The notes: a model not told the origin generated them from the sequence alone. A stretch of DNA of 14,679 nt from Candidatus Methanomethylicia archaeon (GCA_029259155.1 JAPDJI010000008.1:1-14679); one strand, 5' to 3'. Numbered from the stretch's first letter, positions 1 to 6,636 are shown. Translations and numbers: made by a program.

Positions 1-283
1 AACCACCCATATTAGAACTACCAACAATACCAGTAAGAGGAGACTTACCACCAATATGCGTACGTCCAGCCGCTAAGGGCGTACCCACTAACAGGCCTGC
101 GCTTACCAACAACACGTTTTCCGGGCTCAGTGGGTCTATACCCTTCTCTACGTGGTTGTAGAGCAGATACATATCGAGGCCGCGCCCACCGAGATACAGG
201 CGCCTCATCTCCGATGGGATGTCCTTGACCTTAACCTCTCTCTTACTAAGGTCGATGTAAGCGATCTTGCGTTTAAGGACCAT
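1..283 (-). CDS. Aldehyde:ferredoxin oxidoreductase (AOR, tungstopterin) family protein, N-terminal 94 codons; runs off the left edge
   Basis: Not in the ORF track. Hand translation from ATG at 283: MVLKRKIAYIDLSKREVKVKDIPSEMRRLYLGGRGLDMYLLYNHVEKGIDPLSPENVLLVSAGLLVGTPLAAGRTHIGGKSPLTGIVGSSNMGG. Shows AOR N-terminal motifs IDLS, YLGGRG, DPLSPEN, KSPLTG and SNMGG. SD GAGGGGTGA lies 6 nt upstream. Confidence 0.93.
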   Translation of the reverse strand, partial: MVLKRKIAYIDLSKREVKVKDIPSEMRRLYLGGRGLDMYLLYNHVEKGIDPLSPENVLLVSAGLLVGTPLAAGRTHIGGKSPLTGIVGSSNMGG

Positions 284-289
284 GAACCA

Positions 290-463
290 TCACCCCTCAG
301 GCCACTTGGCTGGCCCTCTTATGAGTGGTTGGTCTGGGGATACCCATGCTATTCTATACTCAATGTTGCATCTAGGGCAAGTGGCGCGCTCAGTTTTAGG
401 CTGTATAGGGATCCTGAGGAAGCAGTTGCAACACCTAACCGCTAACCTACTTTTCTCCCCCAT
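290..463 (-). CDS. Small (57 aa) basic zinc-ribbon protein, two CxxC motifs, LysW-like pattern; first gene of the AOR operon
   Basis: Not in the ORF track. MGEKSRLAVRCCNCFLRIPIQPKTERATCPRCNIEYRIAWVSPDQPLIRGPAKWPEG*. SD AGGTG at 474-470. Its TGA stop lies within the AOR SD, 6 nt before the AOR ATG. Confidence 0.8.
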   Translation of the reverse strand: MGEKSRLAVRCCNCFLRIPIQPKTERATCPRCNIEYRIAWVSPDQPLIRGPAKWPEG

Positions 464-469
464 AGCTTA

Positions 470-512
470 CACCTTTTTTGGAATTTAAGGAAGTTGGGGT
501 TAAAAAGATTCC
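470..512 (-). promoter_or_regulatory. Putative TATA box and SD for the Zn-ribbon/AOR operon
   Basis: Minus-strand TTTTTAA at 506-500, 36 nt upstream of ATG 463, followed by SD AGGTG at 474-470. Spacing fits an archaeal promoter with a short leader. Confidence 0.5.
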
Positions 513-540
513 CCCTAGAATTATGATTTAGTGAGCTTTC

Positions 541-560
541 TTCTAAATTAAAAAAGAGGT
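541..560 (-). terminator. Oligo-T terminator candidate after the MoaD-like gene
   Basis: Minus strand CTCTTTTTTAATTT about 40 nt downstream of the stop at 596. Archaeal intrinsic terminators are typically U-tracts. Confidence 0.35.
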
Positions 561-595
561 ACATCGATGATACGATATTCTATAAGGTCTCTACT

Positions 596-871
596 CTATC
601 GACTCCCTACGACCTCCGAAGTTATCATTATGAGGTCTCCCTCTTTAAGTTCAAGGTCTGCTTTCTTTAGGCTCATTCCGTTAAGAAACAGTAATACGTC
701 TTCGTTTACTTTGCCTGAAGGCGTCAAGACCTTATTAAACGCTCCTTGAAACCTTGAAGCAAGCTCGTGTAAAAGGTCGGCAAGCTTGAATCCTTCAGGT
801 ACTTCTTCTTCAAGCTCTTTCCTACCAGCGGCTTCTCTAAAGACGGAGGCTAAAAGGACCTTTACTTTCAT
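596..871 (-). CDS. MoaD/ThiS/SAMP-family ubiquitin-like (beta-grasp) protein with atypical C-terminus (VVGSR)
   Basis: 91 aa with MoaD-like pattern MKVKV..A.FREAAG.KE, LADLL.EL, LFLNG, L.LKEGD.I. Adjacent to an AOR gene, a common context for MoaD-like genes. Confidence 0.85.
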   Translation of the reverse strand: MKVKVLLASVFREAAGRKELEEEVPEGFKLADLLHELASRFQGAFNKVLTPSGKVNEDVLLFLNGMSLKKADLELKEGDLIMITSEVVGSR

Positions 872-894
872 CTAAGCCCTTCCATCAAGAGACT

Positions 895-912
895 GTGAGT
901 TTATTTAAGGCT
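895..912. promoter_or_regulatory. Single AT-rich TATA-like element in the 68-bp divergent gap between the moaD-like and lpdD-like genes
   Basis: TTTATTTAA at 900-908 (TTAAATAAA on the minus strand), 28 nt from ATG 871 (-) and 31 nt from TTG 940 (+). Confidence 0.45.
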
Positions 913-939
913 GGTGCTTCGTGAAATTGAGGGTCTGCC

Positions 940-1335
940 TTGAGGAAGCTTAAAGCCACTTACGGTAGAGGCAAGTATAGGGTTGAAGCTTGTTACTTGG
1001 AAACAGGTAGAGGAATCGTTATGTGTTTAGTTGGTGGAGATAGGCCTCACGTAGGGGCTCTGGCACTTGCCATACCTAGGCCTAGCTTGAAAGATCCTTC
1101 TAAGCTCAGCTCCTCTACCTCGGTCCTTACCCTTATGGGCCATAAGGAGGATGAGATCGTTAAGCCAGTTGCTGAAAAGCTTGCTAAGGAGCTCAACCAG
1201 CCGGTTGTCGTGGTGGCGGGTCTTCATATAGATGAAGCTTCCGAAGAGGATATCAAGAGGTTAAAACGCGGCTCGTTTAAGGTGGCAGAAAGGGTCTTGA
1301 GGAGGCTGAGAGGGGATTTAAGGGACGTAACATAG
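940..1335 (+). CDS. LpdD-like prenylated-flavin (prFMN) chaperone family protein (PAC4-like fold)
   Basis: 131 aa with GGDRPHVGALALA.PRPSL, TSVLT..GHKED and VVVAGLHID motifs, as recalled for LpdD-like proteins. TTG start preceded by SD GAGGGT. Confidence 0.72.
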   Translation: MRKLKATYGRGKYRVEACYLETGRGIVMCLVGGDRPHVGALALAIPRPSLKDPSKLSSSTSVLTLMGHKEDEIVKPVAEKLAKELNQPVVVVAGLHIDEASEEDIKRLKRGSFKVAERVLRRLRGDLRDVT

Positions 1336-1341
1336 GCTACG

Positions 1342-2046
1342 TTAGTATGGCTCTATCAGTGAAGTTACAGCCTTCACTACGTCAGCTAGCTCATTAACCA
1401 CCATGTCTGCTCCAGCCTTCCTTAACTCTTCGCGGCTCCAGACCCCGCTGGTTACCCCGATGGTTTTCATGTAAGCTTTTCTTCCAGCCTCCATGTCTCT
1501 TGGGCTATCTCCCACCATTACACATCCCTTCGGCTCAACATTCAACCTCTGGGCAGCCATAAGTAATTGAGCTCTCGACGGCTTTATTGAAGGTGCGTCT
1601 TTAGCCGTGATGATCGTATCTACGCACTCATCCAATTTAAATTTCCTCAGTAAGAGTTCAATACCTCTGCTGTCTGGCCTAGCGCTGACGATTGCTACTT
1701 TAAACTTGGACGATAAGAAGCATAGCGCCTGTATATTGGAGGATGGAGCGAAGGTGAGGTTTATGTCCACTTCTGGGAAGATCTTCTTGTAGCCCTCAAC
1801 TACTCTCTCTATCTTCTCGACATCCACTTCACCTACTAAAGGGCGAAGGAAAGCAGGAAGGCTTTTCCTTAAGGATACGTTAGACTCGCTGATCCTCACG
1901 AGCTTTACGAACTCATCTCTACTTAGTTCAGGTAAGCCTTGTTGAGCTAGTGACCTGTTAAGCGCTACGAAGTAAGACTCGAAGGAGTAGAAGAGAGTGT
2001 TATCAAAGTCGAAGAGCAGGGCTTTAATGTCTCTCCTCTTCGTCAT
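1342..2046 (-). CDS. HAD-superfamily hydrolase (phosphoglycolate phosphatase/pyrophosphatase-like, subfamily IA)
   Basis: Motif I LFDFDNTL, motif II IVSA, motif III KP, motif IV VGDSPRD, C-terminal GVTSG..EL..AGAD. Start moved from 2085 to ATG 2046 because a TATA-like TTTTTAAT (2079-2072) sits 25 nt upstream of it, implying a leaderless transcript. Confidence 0.9.
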   Translation of the reverse strand: MTKRRDIKALLFDFDNTLFYSFESYFVALNRSLAQQGLPELSRDEFVKLVRISESNVSLRKSLPAFLRPLVGEVDVEKIERVVEGYKKIFPEVDINLTFAPSSNIQALCFLSSKFKVAIVSARPDSRGIELLLRKFKLDECVDTIITAKDAPSIKPSRAQLLMAAQRLNVEPKGCVMVGDSPRDMEAGRKAYMKTIGVTSGVWSREELRKAGADMVVNELADVVKAVTSLIEPY

Positions 2047-2071
2047 GCCACTATAAGGTTGTAGGTTAGGG

Positions 2072-2086
2072 ATTAAAAACTTCATT
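2072..2086 (-). promoter_or_regulatory. BRE/TATA of the leaderless HAD gene
   Basis: Minus-strand AATGAAG-TTTTTAAT, 25 nt before ATG 2046; no SD before that ATG. Confidence 0.5.
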
Positions 2087-2561
2087 CAGGGTTGGATATA
2101 TTTAGAGCCAGCCCGGAAATGCTTGTCGCCCATCAACTTCGGTTAACAGGATTTTTATCTTATTAAATGGTTTTAACGTTTAGATAAACTGGGAATCTCT
2201 TGTAGGTATTCATATTCATGTATTGCTTTTGCTGCCTCTTTCTTTAAAGCTTAGTTACGATATATGATTGATTTATCCTTTGAAGGTCTATGTAGCGATG
2301 TAGGCCTCCTTAATTTAGGCGTACGATAAAGCCAGCCTCATAATTATACCTAAACATATAGTATTCTCACTTTTTGTTTTGTAGGGCATCAAAGTAGAGG
2401 TTTATGGTAGTGAGTTGTTTCGGAATGCTGGAAATAACGTTTCTTTTTTTAGATGTGTTTGAGGTAGTATGAGTAATAGGTCTTTGAACTGAAACGTAGC
2501 TGCTTTAAAGCTGGATTAGAAAATAAATACTTGCACTGTTAGCTCTGTAGGCGGTGGTAGA

Positions 2562-3596
2562 ATGTCTATGGTTGAGTCGCGGAAGGTTCAAGTTGGCGCT
2601 GGTGGGAGTTATCTTCTAGTCTTACCTAAAGATTGGGCTAAGAAGATGGGTCTTAAGAAGGGAGATAGGCTTGATGTAGCTGTTGAGGAAGATGGGTCCC
2701 TTAGAGTAGCTCCTCCGATAGCTAAGAAGCTTATATTTAGGGAGGCTGAACTCGAATTAGACAGTTTAAGTAATCCTAAGTGGCTTGATCGCTGCATTAA
2801 GGCTGCATATATGCAGGGCTACGACGTGATAGCTATAACGTCAAAGGACAGGATACCTCAAGAAGTAAAAAAGACGGTTAGGGCCTCGATTCTAGACCTC
2901 GTTGGGATGGAGGTAGCTGACATTCAGTCGGGCAGGATGGTGCTCCGCATCCTAGTTGACCCGGTTAAGTTCCCTCTCACAGAGTTGAAGGAGAGGACGT
3001 TCTCCCTCCTTCTCTCCATGATCAACGACTTGATCCTTTCATTAGAGAAGAAGGAAGAAAGCTATATACATGACGTTATAGATAGAGAGGAGGAAGTAGC
3101 TAAGCTGTATAGACTCATGGTTCGCCAGTCTGTGCTGGCTATAAGGGACAAGGAAGTGGCCAAGGCGATAGGTGTCGAAAGACTTGAGGATAACATAACT
3201 AACGTCATGATAGCTAGAGATGTTCTAAGACTAGCCCTGCTAAGCTCGAGGCTGGCTAGGAGCATGTTGATCTTGAAGGACAAAGAGATCCCTAGCGAGG
3301 TAGTTAAGTACCTTTTAGAAATGTTTAAGGAAGTATCCTCCATGCTTAATGGAGCCTTCCATTCAGCTTCGGTGAATGATCAGGTGTTTGCTCATAGCGT
3401 AATCGACTCGATGGATAAGGTTAGGGCGTTAGACGATGAAATCATGAGGTCTCTACTCCATGTTTCAGGCGACATGGAGGTAGCGCTGGCTCTAAACATG
3501 GTGGTTAGGGACCTTAGAAGGATGGCTGGATGCGCTGTGGCTATAGCCGACAGCGTCATAACAGGCTCTACCCCATTAATAGCTAAGGTTAAATAA
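2562..3596 (+). CDS. AbrB/MazE DNA-binding domain + PhoU domain protein (archaeal phosphate uptake regulator family)
   Basis: N-terminal RKVQ..GGSYLLVLPKDWAKKMGLKKGD.L (AbrB-like), middle AAYMQGYDVI and ..LVGMEV.., then two helical PhoU-like repeats (DREEEVAKLYRLMVRQ; RDLRRMAGCAVAIA). SD GGTGG upstream. Confidence 0.88.
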   Translation: MSMVESRKVQVGAGGSYLLVLPKDWAKKMGLKKGDRLDVAVEEDGSLRVAPPIAKKLIFREAELELDSLSNPKWLDRCIKAAYMQGYDVIAITSKDRIPQEVKKTVRASILDLVGMEVADIQSGRMVLRILVDPVKFPLTELKERTFSLLLSMINDLILSLEKKEESYIHDVIDREEEVAKLYRLMVRQSVLAIRDKEVAKAIGVERLEDNITNVMIARDVLRLALLSSRLARSMLILKDKEIPSEVVKYLLEMFKEVSSMLNGAFHSASVNDQVFAHSVIDSMDKVRALDDEIMRSLLHVSGDMEVALALNMVVRDLRRMAGCAVAIADSVITGSTPLIAKVK

Positions 3597-3597
3597 A

Positions 3598-3650
3598 GGG
3601 CTTAGAGGCTTCATCCAGGCCTCTTTGAGAGAAGCCCAAACCATTTTTAC
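3598..3650 (+). terminator. Stem-loop followed by T-run directly after the PhoU-like gene
   Basis: GGGCTT(3598-3603)/AAGCCC(3632-3637) outer stem and AGAGGCTT(3604-3611)/AGGCCTCT(3617-3624) inner stem with one G-U pair, then CCATTTTT. Confidence 0.4.
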
Positions 3651-3665
3651 GTCGAGGGGTGGGAG

Positions 3666-4451
3666 TTGAAGCTGGGAGCTTCGTCGCTCTTCGCTATCGC
3701 TAGGAGCTTCAAAAGTTTTCTCAACTATGTCAGGAAGACCAACAGCGTTAAGGTATGGGAAATTATAGATGAAGCTGAAACTAGGTTAACTCCGTTAAGG
3801 ATCAGCGAGCTTAATGACCTTGCTAGAACCAAAGGCCTCGAGTTCACCCTTCACGCTCCTTTCCTAGACGTAAACTTCGCTTCACTAAGTCCCTATATGC
3901 GTAAGGCTTCGCTTAAACATCTAGAAAACTCGCTGTTCAAGGCTTACCTCCTTGGGTGCCGTGTTTTGGTGGTTCATGGCGGTTTCTACCCGCATGTAAG
4001 TGTTAAGGATAGAGCTTACGAGCTGAGCCGTGACTCTATAAGGAAGTTAGCTTTGAAGGCTGTGGACTATGGAGTTAAGATAGCCGTTGAGAATGGACCG
4101 GCTGGCTACAGCTTCCTCTACGTGGAGGCTGACGAAGTTTTAAAGCAGTTCTCCCTGCTCTCTGAGCTTGAAAACGTCGGGCTATGCCTCGATGTAGGCC
4201 ACGCTAACACAAGCAGTGAACTAAAACACTTTTTACAGAAGGCTGGCGACCTGATACTGCATGTCCATATACATGACAACGACGGTAAGCGTGATTTACA
4301 CCTGTATCCAGGTGAAGGTACCGTTGATTGGCATCTAGTGTTTGAGGGGCTGAAACAGACTAGCTTTGATGGCTATATCATAGTGGAGACCGCGTCCTCT
4401 CCGCTGCTAGGAGTAAAGACTGTTGAGAAATGGTTGAAGGCTCGTGGATAG
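3666..4451 (+). CDS. Sugar phosphate isomerase/epimerase, xylose isomerase-like TIM barrel (AP endonuclease 2 family)
   Basis: TLHAPFLDVNFAS, VVHGG, AVEN, CLDVGHA, HVHIHDNDG..DLHL.PGEGTVDW and IVE metal-binding motifs. TTG start preceded by GAGGGGTGGGAG. Confidence 0.88.
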   Translation: MKLGASSLFAIARSFKSFLNYVRKTNSVKVWEIIDEAETRLTPLRISELNDLARTKGLEFTLHAPFLDVNFASLSPYMRKASLKHLENSLFKAYLLGCRVLVVHGGFYPHVSVKDRAYELSRDSIRKLALKAVDYGVKIAVENGPAGYSFLYVEADEVLKQFSLLSELENVGLCLDVGHANTSSELKHFLQKAGDLILHVHIHDNDGKRDLHLYPGEGTVDWHLVFEGLKQTSFDGYIIVETASSPLLGVKTVEKWLKARG

Positions 4452-4557
4452 AGTGCCAGCTAACAAATCCTTCCGGGAGGTCCATGAATATGACGGCAAA
4501 CTAAAATAAGAGATTCTTCAATGTGCTTAAAGAGGTAAAAGTGGAGGTCATATAGTT

Positions 4558-5157
4558 TTGAAGCGAGTCAAGCTAGACGACGTGGATTGCATGATCCTAG
4601 CATGCCTCCAGGAGGACCCTTCAGCCTCCCAACTAGAGATAGCTAAGAAGGTGGGTATCTCGCAGCCAGCTGTCGGTATGAGGATTAAGAAGATGGTTAA
4701 AATGGGGATCCTAGAGAAAAGGATGGGCATACCCGCTCATAGATTTAACTTGAGGCTGGCTATGATAGGTGTTAAGACAAGGGAGCCCAACGCGTTAATA
4801 GAGAAGTTTAGGAATTGTCCTAGACTGGTGTTCATGTCAAAAGCGATGGGCGCCCATCAACTTATACTTCACTTCGTGGGAGCTTACGATAGGGTACTTC
4901 AAAACCTCATAGAGGAGAGGCTGAGCAGCGACGATAACGTGCTTGACTTCGACGTAAGCTTGGCTGATACCCCTGACTGCATTATCTTCATACCTATCAA
5001 GATACCCTTTGAAAAGAAACGTGTTGCACCCTGCGGCGCTGAATGCTCGAGATGCCGGAAATATGTTAATGGGAGGTGTCTAGGCTGCCCAGCCACGGAG
5101 CTTCGCAGAGAGGTTCAGCCTTCAGAGGCTGACGTGATTACGGTACTTATGGCTTAA
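4558..5157 (+). CDS. Lrp/AsnC-family transcriptional regulator with Cys-rich C-terminal extension
   Basis: HTH LDDVDCMILACLQEDPSASQLEIAKKVGISQPAVGMRIKKM..GI, RAM-like middle domain, tail PCGAECSRCRKYVNGRCLGCP. SD GGAGGT precedes the TTG start. Confidence 0.85.
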   Translation: MKRVKLDDVDCMILACLQEDPSASQLEIAKKVGISQPAVGMRIKKMVKMGILEKRMGIPAHRFNLRLAMIGVKTREPNALIEKFRNCPRLVFMSKAMGAHQLILHFVGAYDRVLQNLIEERLSSDDNVLDFDVSLADTPDCIIFIPIKIPFEKKRVAPCGAECSRCRKYVNGRCLGCPATELRREVQPSEADVITVLMA

Positions 5158-5244
5158 CTTTTCGCGGCTTAGTTATAGCGAGCAGCTGTTAAATCGCGTT
5201 TCGAAGAGGCTAAGCTTTTAGTTTCTCGATGCGTATTTCCTTAT

Positions 5245-5265
5245 AATATAGATAAATATATAATC
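5245..5265 (+). promoter_or_regulatory. TATA region of leaderless ubiX
   Basis: TAAATATA at 5253-5260 lies 22 nt before ATG 5283; no SD is present. Confidence 0.45.
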
Positions 5266-5282
5266 TTGCTTCGGTGCGCTTT

Positions 5283-5834
5283 ATGAAGCTCGTGGTGGGT
5301 ATCTCCGGAGCTACTGGAGGCGTGCTTGGTGTTAGGCTCCTAGAGTGTTTAAAGGAGAAAGAGGTTGAAACCCATGTAGTAATTACAAAAACGGCGGAGT
5401 ACATATTGAGGGTTGAACATGGAATAGGGAGAGAGGAGGTAGCCAAACTTTCTTCGCGCTTATACGGAATCGATGATTTCACCGCACCCATCGCTAGCGG
5501 GAGCTTCAAGTGGGATGGTATGGTAATCATACCTTGTAGCATGAAAACTCTCGCTGGCGTGGCACATGGCTACTCTGATAATCTTCTGCTAAGAGCAGCT
5601 GACGTAACGTTGAAGGAAGGTAGAAAGCTGGTGTTAGTGGTTCGTGAAGCGCCGTTGAACATTATCCATCTGAGAAACATGTTGACGGCTGCTGAAGCGG
5701 GAGCGGTGATCTTGCCACCTACTCTAGCTTTTTATCATAAGCCACGTACTGTCCAAGACCTCATCGACTTTGCGGTTGGAAAAGTTATGGACGTCCTAGG
5801 CCTGGAACACGGCCTGTACAGGAGGTGGGGCTAG
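5283..5834 (+). CDS. ubiX: Flavin prenyltransferase UbiX
   Basis: VVGISGATG, APIASGS, PCSMKTLAGVAHGYSDNLLLRAADVTLKEGRKLVLVVREAP, AFYHKP and RRWG. ATG 5283 (MKLVVG) preferred over the track start at 5274. Confidence 0.95.
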   Translation: MKLVVGISGATGGVLGVRLLECLKEKEVETHVVITKTAEYILRVEHGIGREEVAKLSSRLYGIDDFTAPIASGSFKWDGMVIIPCSMKTLAGVAHGYSDNLLLRAADVTLKEGRKLVLVVREAPLNIIHLRNMLTAAEAGAVILPPTLAFYHKPRTVQDLIDFAVGKVMDVLGLEHGLYRRWG

Positions 5835-5876
5835 GGTCAATAAAAGTGGCATGGAGACGAATCGATGTGGCCGTCA

Positions 5877-6479
5877 TTAGCGGTTGGAAGTTATGGTTGG
5901 CGAGTAGATAGGCCATAGCCTGCTCACCAGGTGAGTGAAGCCTTGGTTTCCTACGAGAGCAGCCATGTAGAAGCCCATTATCGTCATCTCTATCCAGGCC
6001 TTGGTTAAAATAGGCACTAGCAGCGGTACTAAGTAGCCCGCGACAGGTGGGGGGGCAAACGCTGGGATTAAGACTAGGAAGAAGGCTATGGTGAAGAGGC
6101 ATTCGGGTACGTATCCTATGAGTGTGAAGATCAATGCTAACAAGGCTTTCCTATTCCTATTCATGAGGTTAAAGGCCCTGCTCAGTAAGCCCACGGTGAA
6201 CCCAGTTAATGCCTTACCTACCACGAAACCTGGCAAGTATAGAGTCGTTAGCCCGCTCATAGAGCCAAAGTATAGTCCTCCACCGAGCCCAGCGATGGCT
6301 CCTACGATTAAGCCAGCTGCGGGTCCTCCATACATGGAAGCTATGAGGGTCCCCATGTGCGATAGGTCTAAGGCGACCTGTCCCCAGTTAAATACGGTTA
6401 TGGATACCACGAATAAGGCATTGCTCAGTGCCCCCATCATGCCTATGAACGCTACCCTACGCGCTCCCTGAGCGTACAT
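5877..6479 (-). CDS. ECF transporter substrate-binding S component (about 6 TM helices)
   Basis: About 200 aa, hydrophobic, with RRVAFIGMMGALS, LDLSH..TLIASMYGGPAAGLIVG pattern typical of S components. SD GGAGGGA before ATG 6479. Confidence 0.7.
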   Translation of the reverse strand: MYAQGARRVAFIGMMGALSNALFVVSITVFNWGQVALDLSHMGTLIASMYGGPAAGLIVGAIAGLGGGLYFGSMSGLTTLYLPGFVVGKALTGFTVGLLSRAFNLMNRNRKALLALIFTLIGYVPECLFTIAFFLVLIPAFAPPPVAGYLVPLLVPILTKAWIEMTIMGFYMAALVGNQGFTHLVSRLWPIYSPTITSNR

Positions 6480-6509
6480 CAATTGATCCCTCCGGTAGGG
6501 TTGACAGCT

Positions 6510-6530
6510 ACTCTTTTTAACTCTTTCTAC
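6510..6530 (-). promoter_or_regulatory. BRE/TATA for the ECF S-component gene
   Basis: Minus-strand GAAAGAG-TTAAAAA (6520-6514), about 35 nt upstream of ATG 6479. Confidence 0.4.
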
Positions 6531-6636
6531 TCGTTTTTGAGTGAAAGTTCTCTGAGCTTTCCTTAAAAAGCCATGTGGATAACTAAGGATTCTATAGAAT
6601 AACTCCTTAATATTTTGAGTTTCCTTAACTCTCCCA

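Noticed and set aside
152-488. + strand ORFs 152-445 and 267-488 from the track
   Set aside because: They are antisense to the AOR and Zn-ribbon genes, which have clear motifs and SD sites; no recognisable motifs of their own.
464-595. Moco/tungsten-cofactor riboswitch or ModE-type operator upstream of AOR (CATCGATG palindrome; ATCG-N6-CGAT)
   Set aside because: No multi-stem riboswitch architecture and no ModE-like TATATA arms; such short palindromes are expected by chance.
2085-2136. Possible C/D-box sRNA on the minus strand (TTGATGG ... CTGA, about 50 nt apart)
   Set aside because: The C box is imperfect, no D'/C' boxes are visible, and the apparent rRNA complementarity is short and gapped. 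It needs snoscan or RNA-seq.
5158-5220. Possible structured RNA between the Lrp gene and ubiX
   Set aside because: Only short, competing 6-7 bp pairings; nothing beyond chance.
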